A stretch of 64,000 nucleotides of DNA from Octopus sinensis (lineage: Eukaryota). The stretch spans positions 184,140,001 to 184,204,000 of the forward strand of contig NC_042997.1 in assembly GCF_006345805.1 (NCBI RefSeq). Reading direction: 5' to 3'. The notes under the pieces were generated by a model. The model ran no database searches and was not told where the DNA came from. It saw only the letters and a list, made by a program, of their open reading frames with translations. Of the stretch, positions 26,427 to 40,383 are shown in pieces (the stretch's first letter is position 1; each line of letters begins with the position of its first letter). Both the position numbers and the translations under genes were made by a program.

Positions 26427-26779
26427 CATATCACATGCTTCAGGTATACAAACCGAACAGGGCTTGCTTAAATCCTGATACAAAATGGCGAAACAAACTA
26501 ATCTTTATTTAATATTATAGATTAGATTTTCGTTATTTTTAAGACTCATGGGTAACAAGAAAAGCTAACATCAATATGTTTAAGTTTGTTACGGAAAGTC
26601 TACCTTCGATGTATGATCTTGCTTTGAATTTTGTTGGCGGTTAATCCAATATAAACAATGCCTTTGAAGATGCGTCTACGCTCGAGAAGACATCCAGACG
26701 GACGTACAATGCTGCAAGATCATACACTTTGAGTATTGAATGGATTATAGAGCTTGGTTTGGTTCATATCCAATAGGGA

Positions 26780-27000
26780 TCGCGAAAATATTTAGTGTGG
26801 TCCAATAGGAAACTTTAGCGTTACTGAAAATTTTCCAATATCTGTAGCTAAGATGGGAGTGTTTTTTGTTTGGTTTAGATAATATTTTGGCCACAAGTGT
26901 AGAAAAGTTTTGACTAAAAGGGCGGCTAGACAAGTTGATATGTTTTTTTTAATTATTTTGGCTTTAATGAGAATTTGGGGTTTATATAGGGCATTATTTT
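26780..27000 (-). mobile_element. Decayed PLE RT-EN linker
   Basis: RPFSQNFSTLVAKILSKPNKKHSHLSYRYWKIFSNAKVSYWTTLNI resembles the PLE linker PPFSxNVxTxIGKxFLxLIDKHF..KIFNRNTVKVSYSCxxNI. Confidence 0.6.
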
Positions 27001-27291
27001 AAAAATTTGTTGTTATTAGGTTATTGACAATTCGTTGGACGAAATCGTGATGAAAGGTAATCTCAAACCTCCTCTGTGGATGTATGCATGTTAATGTAGT
27101 ATTACGGCAGTATTACAATGCAGTTATATGACATTTTCTTGTCGGGTACAATTCAAATCACTGTCGTGTCGAGTTGAACTATGCAGAAATACCTTGATTA
27201 TCAACTAAAACTGAATCACATCCATCTGAGGAATCTTCTATTCACCGTGAATGTTAGGGATATTAGTAATTCGTGTATATATATATATATA

Positions 27292-27322
<31 letters not shown>

Positions 27323-29101
27323 GTATGTATGTATGTATCATTATAGGTATGTAATGCAGTATAGGCCTTTAAGATGTTACGTGAACAAAAACAGATCAAC
27401 CACTGCATATAGTATAACAAAATATATTAAATGATATAGACAGTTAATGATAATACATCGTGAATCAAAGGTTCTGTATTGAGCAGTTTTGGGAATCACA
27501 AGACGATTAAAAATTCTGGCGTTCACTCGAATGTCAGTAATTTTTATGAAACTATTGTTAGGAGGCATAATTCATATCAAGTTGATATATGCTATTATTA
27601 TATAATTAAATATAGGGTGGCGAGCTGTCAGAATCGTTAGCATGTCGAGCAAAATGATTAGGGGGTATTTCGTTCGTCATTACGTCCTGAGTTCCAATTC
27701 TGCCGAGGTCGACTTTGCTTTTCATCCTTTCGAAGTCAATGTAATCAACTTACTCCCTCTCTCGAAATTGTTGTCTTTGCGCCAAAATTTGAAGCCATTA
27801 TTTATTTAAATATAAAGAAAATGAAGGATTTATAAAGTATGGCTAAAGGAAAAGATTTTAAATAAACTGCTTTATATGGAATGTTATTGAGTTGAAATCA
27901 TAAAGGTATTACTGATTGCATTCTTAGATTAGAATATAGAGAGGTTTTGATAAGGTTTGACTGTGAGATCAGGAGTGTCTCATAGTCAGGTAAAACTGAA
28001 GGTAAAAATAGTGTATGACTACTCTCTGAAAATATGCAGTGATCCACTCAATCTTTTAGTATGATCTTCTGCTGTTTTAGTTGATATTTATCGAAGTGGA
28101 GGTATTTAATAGAAATCTCTAATCAGCTATGAGCAGCTCTAAACATTTTTGCCATGGTTACGAGCATCATTAATTTGATATTGAATGCAGTAGCATGTTC
28201 TTTTAAATTTCACACACAAGAAATTAGATAGCCTTGTTACATTTACTATTTTCTATATTTCTGAAATGTGGTTGAAATACGGTTGACCTTACGTCATACC
28301 TATTTACTGATTTATTCATACTATTTAGGTTTGGTTTGGTTTGGAGAGGGTTTCTGCTATGTACATAATTACTTCTGTGTTACATGATTGATTAAGATGA
28401 CATATATTTGTAGTTCTGAGTGTGCTATTAACCCCTGTTAATACCATTTTTCAGGATTTTGAAATCTTTGGCTGGGTGGCAGAAGTCTATATTAATATAT
28501 GTGGGTTTTTCCCTTAGGTTTGCTATATCGTTTAATGACGTTAAATGAATCAAAAACAGTTAAAAAAAAAAAAAGAATTTCTTTATGCAAAAACATACGA
28601 CATATAAGAACTATTTTTTGCTATAAACTAGTAATTGTTGTGAAAACATTATGAAAGCAAATTAATTCAAATAATTGTTGCTTCTTAAACTCCAGGACCC
28701 TCAGAAAATCTGTTTTATTATTGGATAACTGAATGCGTAATTTTTATACATCATATGGCATTAACTTATGTGCTTGCGTATCTACAAAAAGACGGATTCA
28801 CAAAAATATGTTTTACAAAGAATAATAGAATTGTAATAGTGTTTTCGATAAATCCAGATATCCATCATGGCACCAGAAAATGGTTTCAGGGATTCTTTTC
28901 AAGACTTAGCTTTTATTTGAGTATCTGAACTAATTTCAATTACATTTTCATAAACCATCGCCAGATATCTTGTCGGCTTTTCTTTAAAATTGAATCTATT
29001 TTGGAACCAATAATTATCCTTTTCTGTAAATCTACAAAATACTCGTTTAAGATTCTAAAAAAGCTGCATAGATGATAAAAAAAAAAAAAAAATACAAATT
29101 T

Positions 29102-29830
29102 TAAGGCGGCGAGCTGGCGGAATCGTTAGCATGTCGGACAAAATGCTCAGCGGCATTTCGTCTGTCCTTACATTCTGAGTTCAAATTCAGCCGAGGTCGA
29201 CTTTGCCTTTCATCTTTTTGGGGTTGATAAAATAAGAACCATTTGAGCACTGGGGTCGATGTAATCGACTTATCCCTCCCCTGAAATTGCTGGCTTTGTG
29301 CCAAAACTTGAAACCAATATTACTACAGATTTTAAGGCGGCAAGCTGGCAGAATCGTTAGCACGCTGGACGAAATGCTTAGCGATATTTCGTCTGTCTTT
29401 ACGTTCTGAGTTCAAATTCCGCCGAGGTCGACTTTGCCTTTTATCCTTTCGGAAGTCAATAAATTAAGTACCAGTTGCGTACTGAGGTCGATCTAATCGA
29501 CTGGCTTTTCCCCAAGAATTTCGGGCCTTGTGCCTAGAGAAGAAAAGAATCGCTAACACGCTGGGCAAAATGCTTAGCAGTATTCTGTCTGTCTTTTACG
29601 TTCTGAATTCAAATTCCATCGAGATCGACTTTGTCTTTCATCCTTCAGGGGTCGTTAAAATAAATACCAATTGAGCACTGGGGGCGATGTAATCGACTTG
29701 TCCTACTCTGCCGAAATTGCTGGCCTTGTGCTAAAATTTGAAAGCAATGTTATTACAGTTTTTGAGGCGGCAAGCTGGCAGAATCGTTTATACTCCGAGC
29801 AAAATGCTTAGCGATATTTCATCCGTCTGT
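29102..29830 (+). mobile_element. Cluster of four head-to-tail SINE group A copies (last one partial)
   Basis: aaggcggc(g/a)agctggc heads at ~29103, 29334 and 29764, plus an internal restart at ~29548. Confidence 0.85.
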
Positions 29831-30019
29831 AGCCTCCAAATACCGTTTATACTTTCGAAGGAGATCATTAAGAATCGGAAAACTGTCAAAAGTATTTTTT
29901 TCCACAGCTGAGAGCCAGTATTACAATTTATATAATAACTATACCATTCTATCTTTGTCTCGAAAAATGTTCACTTTTTCCCTTGCAGAGATAAGCATGA
30001 TTCATTCAATAATATAAAA

Positions 30020-30430
30020 TATCGGCTATGTGTGCAGTTCTTGGTAGCCAAGTTGTAATCTGTCGACTGTCAGCAGATCTTTATTACCGCGTGATATCCA
30101 TCTAACTTCTGAATGTAACAGAAAATCGTATATTGACACAGGGTCAGACACTTTTCTTATAATTGCATTTGTTCCACTGCTGCAGCATGGTGCAATAGAC
30201 CTACCCAAACGTATATCGTGCCTTTCATAAAATTGTCAAAACAATGAAGTATATTCATATAGAAGTGAATCTTAAAATTTTTGGTTTTAAAATCATGTCG
30301 AATAAAATGAGCAAAATTGAAGCAATGTATGTGGACTCGTCTTGTAATGCGTAAATGTCACATTCATGTAATTTATGAATTAAAAATTCCACTTTAATAT
30401 CGTCAACATATCTCAACACAGTAACATGGA
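30020..30430 (-). mobile_element. Decayed hAT Charlie/Buster transposase
   Basis: LLHSEVRWISRG (cf. LLHTEVRWLSRG) and upstream IYALQDESTYIAS (cf. FALQLDESTD). Confidence 0.8.
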
Positions 30431-30488
30431 AAGAGAAAGGTTCCTCTTTTTTTTCACAGAATCTGCATCAACTTATATTTAATACGAG

Positions 30489-30778
30489 AATGACCGTGGG
30501 ATTGCACCTAGAAAGTTTACCCGGCACGAGTCCGGGCAAAGTTGTTTATGGAAGACTAGCAGTCGCCCAGCATACAAGCCTTCTCTCTCCACGCCATCGA
30601 TGTTGTCTAAGGGAAAGGTGAAGGCCGATACTGCTCGGCACCAACACATTTTTACCGCTGAGTGAACTGGAACAATGTGAAATAAATTGTCTTGTTCAAG
30701 AACACACAGTTCGGTCCGGGAATCGAACTCACTACGTCATGATTGTGAGTCCGACGCTCTAACCACTGAGCCATGCGG
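30489..30778 (-). mobile_element. SINE group C (H2-like head, tail T3)
   Basis: Homologous to 38715-39049. Confidence 0.8.
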
Positions 30779-30883
30779 TAACTTGGTTTATATCAGTGTT
30801 TCTCATGGGGTGGTGTTGATAGCTGTAGAGATTGAAAAAGGAAGCTTATAAGTGTTATATATACATATATATACATACATGCA

Positions 30884-31105
30884 TACTCTTTTACTCTTTT
30901 ACTCTTTTACTTGTTTCAGTCATTTGACTGCGGCCATGCTGGAGCACCGCCTTTAGTCGAGCAACTCGACCCCGGGACTTATTCTTTTTGTAAGCCCAGT
31001 ACTTATTCTATCGATCTCTTTTTGCCGAACCGCTAAGTGACGGGGACATAAACACACCAGCATCGGTTGTCAAGCAATGCTAGGGAGACAAACACAGACA
31101 CACAA

Positions 31106-31138
<33 letters not shown>

Positions 31139-31310
31139 CATATATACGACAGGCTTCTTTCAGTTTCCGTCTACCAAATTCACTCACAAGGCATTGGTCG
31201 GCCCGGGGCTATAGCAGAAGACACTTGCCCAAGATGCCACGCAGTGGGACTGAACCCGGAACCATGTGGTTTGTTAGCAAGCTACTTACCACACAGCCAC
31301 TCCTGCGCCT
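30884..31310 (-). mobile_element. SINE group B, full length, followed by ~110 bp (TA)n
   Basis: Homology to other group B copies. Confidence 0.9.
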
Positions 31311-31430
<120 letters not shown>

Positions 31431-32195
31431 ATCATAATTCTGAGAAATCAGAGCCAGTTGTTTTACTGTTGAAATAAATAACTTGTCAAGACACGCTTTT
31501 CACTTTGTGTTTCACTTCTACATCCCCAAGTGTCTCCACATGGTACTTTGAGAATATTCTAGAAGCCGGTACATATACGCAATTCTAAACACCATATCAC
31601 GCCGAGTCAGTACATTGTGTAAAAGTTAGGCTGAAATCGCAACCTGCTGGCAGTTGATGTCATATAAAAGTTGTGACTAAATTGGTGACCTACTGGTTGT
31701 TCAAACCGAGGTTTTTCTAGTAAGCCCAAAGTATTTGAAAGTCTAGTTTTTTTTTTTTGTTTTCAAAAACAAAGCAATGCTTATTCAAGGTAATGAAAAA
31801 GAAAGCCTAGCTTCATATGTTACAGCAATCTTGTCTTGTGTAAAAGTGCTCTTTATGATGTCAGGAAGGATTGATAAATGTTATGAAAGGTTTTACAATT
31901 GGTGAATCTTTAATTTTGCTCACTGCATATGAAATGTGTCGTTGTGTAGACGTTGAGAACATTGTATTACAGTTAAAATTAAAACCACTTTCCAATAACT
32001 GTAAAACGCAGAATAGACGAAATGTCAAATGATTCGCTAAGTCAACTTGTCGGAAATAGAACTTTTCAGAGGAAATAGACCATAATTTATCCGCCACAAA
32101 GCTATTATCAAGAACGTTAATTTTATTAAAACCAATGAAACCAATTTTAGATCATATTCTGAATTATGGAATGTTGGAAAAGCTGACTGGTTGTA

Positions 32196-32695
32196 TTGGG
32201 TTGTCCGAAAAGTTCGTGCCGATTTAGAGTAGCTTATTTTTCGACTTATTTTAGAACATGGTTAAATCCATAAAATAGGATTTGACTACACCTCCATTTA
32301 GAGAACACTGTTTACGCTATCTTTTCGTGGAAGAAGGTTTATGTTCCTATAACCTGTGTTAATTCTGTAACCCTTTAAAATGGAAGATAAAGAAAGTTCA
32401 TTTTCGGCACTTGATGCTTTGGGAACCAGACAAAAAATGCTGCAGCTCGGCTGGGATGTGTTACCCCACCCTCCATATTCACCAGATATTGCTCCTTAGG
32501 ATTTCCACTTATTCAGGTCTCTGCAGAATAGTCTTAATGGTAAAAATTTCAATTCCTTCGATGACGTAAAAAGATACCTTGATGAATTCTTTGCCACGAA
32601 ACCACCTCAAGAGGGTATTTTCAAGTTAAAGGGAAGATGGAGACGCATTGTGCAACAAAATGGTTCATATTTGGTTGATTAAAAATGTAATGGCA
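32196..32695 (+). mobile_element. Internally deleted mariner transposon (second lineage)
   Basis: TA then ttgggttgtccgaaaagttcgtgccgattt TIR; N-terminal HFRHLMLWE fused to QLGWDVLPHPPYSPDIAP*DFHLFRSLQNSL...RWRRIVQQNGSYLVD*. Confidence 0.9.
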
Positions 32696-33908
32696 TATGC
32701 CCTTCTTGCCCAAATGCCTCAGTAAACACTGCGTTAAATGCATCACGTTGACACAACTAACAAAGTAGATGTCTATCTTACTCGATAAATCCATGAGGAA
32801 GCTTTTGTGTGGTCTCTCTACTTCATAGAAATTGCAACGAAATCTTCAAACTATACCCAAAAACTTTGGGAAAGGAAAAGAAAAGACATACGTTGGTTGT
32901 GGCTAAAATGTTTTTGATCATATGTGTACAATAATAAGGATTGACCTGGAACGAAACCGAGTCAAAAGCGAATAAAAATATTACATGCTATTATCTGATT
33001 CTACTACTTGAACCACACGACTACCACTACCATCGCCGTAACTTATCGAACAATATACAATATGCTACGAAGTAAATAGGAATGATTTTAATCGACAAAC
33101 AGTTGTATTCATTATCTGCTTTAGCGATTTCGCTTCATTGACGTTTCTAAAGATTTTTGGAAGAATCAAACCGTCGTAAATTTCCTACTTCCACTTCAAG
33201 GAAGTTATGGTAACAGCTTCAATACTTGTTTACACACGACTGACTTAGATCTATGCAACAACAATAACAACAACAGCTGCAACGTTAGCAACAGATATCT
33301 GATTTCTTCGTTCTTGGTTCCATTCAGTTACATAACTATTGTTGTTTGCTTTTTGCCTTTGGCAAGGAATCTTATATCCAGAAAAATAAGTCGATTGAAA
33401 GAGTTCATATCAATAGATTTCCAGTCTCCGTTGACCTTTCATTCCTTTTAATTAGTCACTTAAAGGTGGAGGGGCGATGTCAATGACCTTTTCGGAGTCT
33501 TGCATACCGGAGAAATTGATGTTCAGTGTGGGGGAGAAACTTGTTGGTAAGGTATTTCAAAGGTCTCAGATATGAACGGAAGGGTTTCTATAAGTGTTAC
33601 GCGAGAGATCTACGTATGACACACTTTAGGGTTGATGAGAACAGAGACAGAAAACAATTGGGCCTGGGTCAAGGAAATATGTAGCTAGCTGGCCCTTTTG
33701 TAAACTAACATTGTAGTAGTTTTAAAAGCGACATAAAGAGAAAACTGCGTGGTTGTACTGATGACATCTTTGTTATGATGAAAAAGACCAGGTTGTTATG
33801 TTTAACATGAAGGATGTTCTGAAAGTTTCTGTCCGTATAGATAGTAGTAGAGGTAGTAGCGACAAATGTTTAAAACGATAGAATAAACAACATATCTGAA
33901 GTACAACC

Positions 33909-34508
33909 TATTTCTTTACTACCCACAAGGGGCTAAACATAGAGGGGACAAACAAGGACAGACAAACGGATTAAGTCGATTGTATCGACCCCAGTGCGTA
34001 ACTGGTACTTAATTTATCGACCCCGAAAGGATTAAAGGCAAAGTCGACCTTGGTGGATTTGAACTCAGAACATAGTGATGGGTGAAATACCTATTTCTTT
34101 ACTACCCACAATGGGCTAAACACAGGGAGGATAAACAAGGACAGACAAACAGATTAAGTTGATTATATCAACCCCAGTGCGTAACTGGTACTTAATTTAT
34201 CGACCCCGAAAGGATGAAAGGCAAAGTCAACCTCGGCGGAATTTGAACTCAGAACATAAAGACAGACGAAATATCTATTTCTTTACTACCCACAAGGGGC
34301 TAAACACAGAGAGGACAAACAAGGACAGACAAACGGATTAAATCGATTATATCGACCTCAGTGCGTAACTGGTACTTATTTAATCGACCCCGAAAGGATG
34401 AAAGGCAAAGTCAACCTCGGCGGAATTTGAACTCAGAACGTAACGGCAGACGAAATACCGCTAGGCATTTTGCCCGGCGTGCTAAGGTTTCTGCCAGCTC
34501 GCCGCCTA
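33909..34508 (-). mobile_element. Trimeric SINE group A
   Basis: Body units start at 33909, 34092 and 34276; single head at the right end. Confidence 0.9.
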
Positions 34509-35275
34509 GAAGTGGGATAGTGACACAGGCCAGTTGCTATATATACAGCCATTTCAGATTGCATCTAATTAATGGTCACGTGCGCCAAATACTAGTCCCA
34601 AAACTAATGTCCTCTTTCGGTCTCTTCTATCATTACTAAAATTGTCGCTGCACCTATGAAATTGTAAGTTTTGTACCAAACGCACCCACCATATTTTCTC
34701 AAATCATAATTACTGTGTCTGTGTCTTACTCCAACTAAGCACACCATTAAATCTTGCTTCCTCAAAACTTCAAATACCTGGAACTCCCTACCTTTCTTTA
34801 TTGGCTACATAAGATAATAAAATAAGTTAATAACCTTTCCCTATCAGCATAAACGATCAAAAGTTCAAATTAAGTATCAACTGCATCGAACTCAACCACT
34901 TGTGGTAGCTGAAAATGTTATAATGACCGTTCCTCTTCATTTAAAACGATATTAAAACATGTTTATTACAACTAATTACTAGTATCAACACGGGAGGGAA
35001 GAACGCCAACCCGATTGCTGTGGAATTTGACCCCAAAATATAAGTGGGCGAAACTAAATACCATATAATCCTTTTTGTCGCTTCACTGCTCTTTTTTTTT
35101 TTATCTTATCGGTTATTGTGCTAAGTAACAATAACTGATCTATCAGATATCCTGTCCGCCCATGCAAACACATTATTTGTCATATCACTAACCGTTTTTT
35201 AAAAAATTTTCTGTTTATCCACAACCATCCCAACATATGAAATTAGCTAAGTTAATGTTAATATATTTAATTCAA

Positions 35276-35513
35276 CTAAAGGCGGCGAGCTGGCAGAAAC
35301 GTTAGCACACCGGGCGAAATGCGTAGCCGTATTTCGTCTGCCGTTACGTTCTGAGTTCAGATTCCGCCGAGGTCGACTTTGCCTTTCATCCTTTCAAGGG
35401 TCGATAAATTAAGTACCAGTTACGCACTGTGGTCGATGTAATCGACTTAATCCGTTTGTCTTGTCTTTGTTCGTCCCCTCTGTGTTTAGCCCCTTGTGGG
35501 TAGTAAAGAAATA
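35276..35513 (+). mobile_element. SINE group A
   Basis: 16-bp TSD aatatatttaattcaa at 35260-35275 and 35514-35529. Confidence 0.92.
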
Positions 35514-36855
35514 AATATATTTAATTCAATGAACATTAAACAGCTATTTGGAAATCAGTATAACAAAAGAAAAAATAGTAGTCGGTGATTAATATATTTT
35601 AGTTATTCCAGCACGTACGAGAGACAACTCCAGACATGTTTCGGTATCATTACGACTTCATCGGCGGAGCATAAACTTAAAAGTATTTGATAAAGTAATG
35701 ATAGAAGAATGAGTAAAGGATACATCGGAACATGAAAACTCTGTTATACAAAATAGACGGCCAAAAGCAATATGGTCACGGCTGAAATGTCTTTTATCAC
35801 CAGATTATAAATGAATTGTTTAAAAAATACTGAACTTTATGTTAGCCGATAAAATAATAATCCTGTCTTTATTGGCCACATAAGATAATAAAATAAATTA
35901 ATAACCGTTTCTATTACTGGCACAAGTCCTGAACTTTGATTGGAGGGGAACAGTCAATTATTTCGACTCCAGTGCTCAACTGGTACTTATTTTATTGAGT
36001 CCGAAAGGACGAAAGGCAAAGTCGACGTCCGCGGAACGTAAAGACGGACGAAATACCTCTAAGTAGTTGTCTGACGTGCTGACAATTCTGCCAGCTCACC
36101 ACCTTAAGATAAATTAATGATAAACCAAAACATGTCCGGACTTGACGAAAACATTACAATAGTATAGTTAAATATATAAATATTTATAATTGTATAATAT
36201 TTATAATATGTATAAATATTTCTAGTTTTCTAGTTGATTTGTGAATGTTGTTTGTGTGAAATATATTAACACTCCATAGAAGTAATTCGAAATATATGAA
36301 CAGATTTAGAGCAGAAAGTTATTTAAAAATATGTTACTTTCTACACTGAAATATTGCAACTGAAAATCACACTAAACAAAACGAAAGCAGAAAAAGAAAA
36401 TCAGGAAACAAACTAGAAATGACATTACGACACGAAGTTTCATTATTTTGATCTCGAGCCAACGAGAAGTTTCTCGGCGCTAAAAACAGTTGCCTAATTT
36501 TTACTGAAATTACTGTGTTACGTAATTTTAAAAGTATGATTTACAGTTTAAGTAAATACATATTAAGTGCCTGACCCTCTTGCAAAAAAAAAAAAAAGAA
36601 AAGAAAACGTGTTGTTGAAATTTCCATACATATAAACACGACCAATAAAACAGGGTAAGTAATCGTTTTCTGTATTTTTTTCCCTAAATTTTTAACTTCA
36701 AAACAATCTTGTAAAACCTTCCATGGGAAGTACATCAGCAAATTTTTTGTATGATGTCCTGTGTGATGTAAAGAGAAAAGAATTGTTAATCACAGATCTA
36801 ACCTCTTGAAATGGGAGGGCTACAAAGGGCAGAACGGTCAATATCTGGAATACCT

Positions 36856-37275
36856 ATTTCTTTACTACCCACAAAAGGCTAAACACAGAAGGGGACAAAC
36901 AAGGACAGACAAAAGGATTAAGTCGATTATATCGACCCCAAGTGCGTAACTGGCACTTATTTAATCGACCCCAAAAGGATGAAAGGCAAAGTCGACCTCG
37001 GCGGAATTTGAACTCAGAACGTCGCGGCAGACAATATACCTATTTCTTTACTACCCACAAGGGGATAAACACAGAGAGGACAAACAAGGACAGACAAACG
37101 GATTAAGTCGATTATATCGACCTCAGTGCGTAACTGGTCCTTAATTTATCGACCCCGAAAGGATGAAAGGCAAAGTCGACCTCGGCGTAATTTGAACTCA
37201 GAACGTAACGGCAGGCGAAATACGGCTACGCATTCCGCCCGGCGTGCTAACGTTTCTGCCAGCTCGCCGCCTTAT
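36856..37275 (-). mobile_element. Dimeric SINE group A
   Basis: Units at 36855 and 37041; 21-bp TSD cggtcaatatctggaatacct at 36835-36855 and 37276-37296. Confidence 0.92.
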
Positions 37276-37701
37276 CGGTCAATATCTGGAATACCTTACT
37301 GATAAGTTTGCGTTGCCAAGCTTGATCTGAAGAAAAAGCAGAAACCAACAGAGGTTATTTTGGTTTGAACATTTGAACAGGTGTTAACGAAGCCATGTTA
37401 TTAAAAAGTCAATTTATTATCTGCGTTTCCAAATTAAATTGGCGTAATGACAAATAGAAATATGCTATCAGAATATTAAATCAATCAACTAGAATAATGA
37501 CCAAACAACCATGCAAAGCACATAACAGAAATTACTCCCACAAGAATTACCATTTATTCCTCTTATACGTCATGCTACTTCACTATTTTGACCTCGAGTC
37601 TATAACAGAGTTTAAATGTGCTCTCTCAACTTGCAAGGAATAGTAGTCAAATCTCGCTAAAATTACCTTCCTATCGTCTTGTAAAGAGATAATCACATTG
37701 G

Positions 37702-37955
37702 GTAGGCGAAAGCGATGTGGTGGACAACGAAAAACCTGGCTGATGACAGTCAAAGCTGATCTGGAACCCAGCCTAGGCCCCCATATCTACGGCGTTCGCC
37801 GCTGGAATAAGGAATGGTTGTAGATGACGCGGTCGTTAGCCTTAAATCGCCAGGCCTGGTCGGTGTTTGTGAGAGATGCAGCATTGAGGATGAATGAAGC
37901 CAGCTCAACCCGACCCGGGTGAATGCTGTAAGAAGAAGAAGAAGAAGAAGAAGAA
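37702..37955 (+). mobile_element. 5'-truncated RTE LINE 3' end with (GAA)n tail
   Basis: RRKRCGGQRKTWLMTVKADLEPSLGPHIYGVRRWNKEWL*MTRSLALNRQAWSVFVRDA...TRPG* then gaagaagaag. Confidence 0.8.
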
Positions 37956-38309
37956 TATATTCTTAGTTATACAATGCTGAGAAAAGAACGGAACACTCGT
38001 GGCAGTAATGCCTTTGCTCGTAAATCTGCTTCGTTATACTTGACCTGGAGAAAAAAAAACAATGACAGTAGCATGAACAACGGTTATTTTGGCCCGAGCA
38101 TTTTAACTAGTGTTAACGAAGTGGTTTTTTTGGAAATCTATTTTATCGTTCAGGAGAGCAAATTAAATTGACCTAATAACTATTAGAAATACGTCATTAG
38201 AATGTTCATACTTGTATGATGTTTCCTTCTATTTACCCATTCTCCAGCTATCTTACGTTTAGTATTTCATCTTTGTGTTGTCCTATCAAGTATTTATACT
38301 CTCTAATGT

Positions 38310-38690
38310 GGAGGCGCAATGGCCCAGTGGTTAGGGCAGCGGACTCGCGGTCGTAGGATCGCGGTTTCGATTCCCAGACCGGGTGTTGTGAGTGTTTATT
38401 GAGCGAAAACACCTAAAAGCGCCACGAGGCTCCGGCAGGGATGGTGGTGATCCCTGCTGTACTCTTTCACCACAACTTTCTCTCACTCTTACTTCCTGTT
38501 TCTGTTGTACCTGTATTTCAAAGGGCCGGCCTTGTCACTCTCTGTGTCACGCTGAATATCCCCGAGAACTACGTTAAGGGTACTCGTGTCTGTGGAGTGC
38601 TCAGCCACTTACACGTTAATTTCACGAGCAGGCTGTTCCGTTGATCGGATCAACCGGAACCCTCGTCGTCGTAACCGACGGAGTGCTTCC
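38310..38690 (+). mobile_element. SINE group C (head H1, tail T1)
   Basis: A box tggcccagtgg, B box gtttcgattcc; 14-bp TSD atactctctaatgt at 38296-38309 and 38691-38704. Confidence 0.92.
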
Positions 38691-38714
38691 ATACTCTCTA
38701 ATGTTCTACTAAGT

Positions 38715-39049
38715 TGAGACGCCCTTCGGTCATGACTGACCGTGGGATTGCACCTAGAAAGTTACCCTCCCAGGCACAAGTCCGGGCAAGGTTGTTTATG
38801 GAAGACCAACAGTCGCCCATGCACACAGGCCTCCCTTCTCCATGCCACCAGTGTTATCCAAGGGAAAGGCAACGGCCGATACAGCTTGGCACCTGTGACG
38901 TTGCAACTCATTTCTACAGCTGAGTGAACTGGAGCAACATAAAATAAAGTGTCTTGCTCAAGAACACAACACGCAGCCTGGTCCGGGTTTTGAACTCACA
39001 ACCTCACGATCGTAAGCTCGACGCTCTGACCACTGAGTAATGCGCCTTC
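38715..39049 (-). mobile_element. SINE group C (H2-like CORE head, tail T3)
   Basis: tRNA-like head plus gtgttcttgagcaagacacttt; 7-bp repeat actaagt at 38708-38714 and 39050-39056. Confidence 0.85.
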
Positions 39050-39810
39050 ACTAAGTACTTATAAGTATCTACTAAGTATCTATACCCAAATGACAATCGT
39101 CTTGTGAGGTATCGAGTTTACTGAATGTTTACCTTCTGACGTATTCCTCTGTGTATTTGAATTCTGAAGTGTTGTTCTGAGTATTTACTCTAAAGGGTTC
39201 TGCTGAATATTTAGCCATTAAAATATTCTACTAAATATTATGTGTTGTTGCGATTAACGGAATATTTTCTTTCGGTAGAATACTGAGTATATAGACTCAG
39301 AATTTTACTGAGCATTCATTCTCAGCAGTGAGTCACTGATAATTTATTCTCTGTGGCGTGTTTTGATAATTTAGCAAACAATCATTTCTCTTTCAAATTC
39401 CAGATGAAACACACACGCACAATATAAGCAACAGGATATCAAGTAGTGAAGCAGTACGACTATTTCAAGCGGCTCTATTTAATTGAACAATGCAATGATT
39501 ACATCAATTTAAATGCGGTGCCATCACCAGCTGCACAAATAAATAAATAGAATTTTAACTAGTTGGACTCATTAATATAATTTTTCTCAAATACTTTAAC
39601 AGAGCAAGAAGATGGAAGAATTTCATGTTGTCGCTACTGTAGCTAAGAATAGACTACACTTCCAAAAAGCGCATGAAGCCCATTCGGTCGTAGTTTGTTA
39701 AGGATTGTAATAAATTTCTAATTCATTTATCTCTTTATCAACTACTAAATTTAAGATTAGAGGACTGTGTCTGTTTAGAATAAAGGACAAAAGTGAGTTG
39801 ACAGCTCATG

Positions 39811-39877
39811 GTCATAAATATTGGTCATAAATATTGTCATAAATATTGTCATAAATATGGTCATAAATATTGTCATA
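39811..39877. repeat. 12-13 bp tandem repeat (GTCATAAATAT)
   Basis: About five and a half units seen directly. Confidence 0.9.
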
Positions 39878-39929
39878 TGAATCTCTTTTCCTCAGGGAGG
39901 AAAGAAGACATTAGGAGTAGTCAGTTTGA

Positions 39930-40333
39930 TACTCTTACTCTTTTACTCTTTTACTTGCTTCAGTCATTTGACTGTAGCCATGCTGGAGCACCGCCTTTAG
40001 TCGACTTATTCTTTGTAAGCCTAGTACTTATTCTATCGGTCTCTTTTGCCGAACCGCTACGGGGACGCAAACACACGAGCATCGGTTGTCAAGCGATGTT
40101 GGGGAGACAAACACGGACACACAACCCCCACCCACATATATGTATATATGCATACATACGACGGGATTCTTTCAGTTTCCGTCTACCAAATCCACTCGCA
40201 AGGCTTTGGTTGGCCTGAGGCTATAGTAGAAGACACTTGCCCAAGGTGCCACGCAGTGGGACTGAATCCGGAACCATGTGGTTCGTAAGCAAGCTACTTA
40301 CCACACATCCACTTCTACGCCTGATATAGAGTA

Positions 40334-40383
<50 letters not shown>

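Noticed and set aside
33909-34508. Regularly spaced repeats suggestive of a CRISPR array
   Set aside because: Units are contiguous ~184-bp SINE bodies with no unique spacers; eukaryotic context and no cas genes
38310-38385. tRNA-like sequence with A and B boxes
   Set aside because: Continues into a SINE body bounded by a TSD; it is a SINE head, not a tRNA gene
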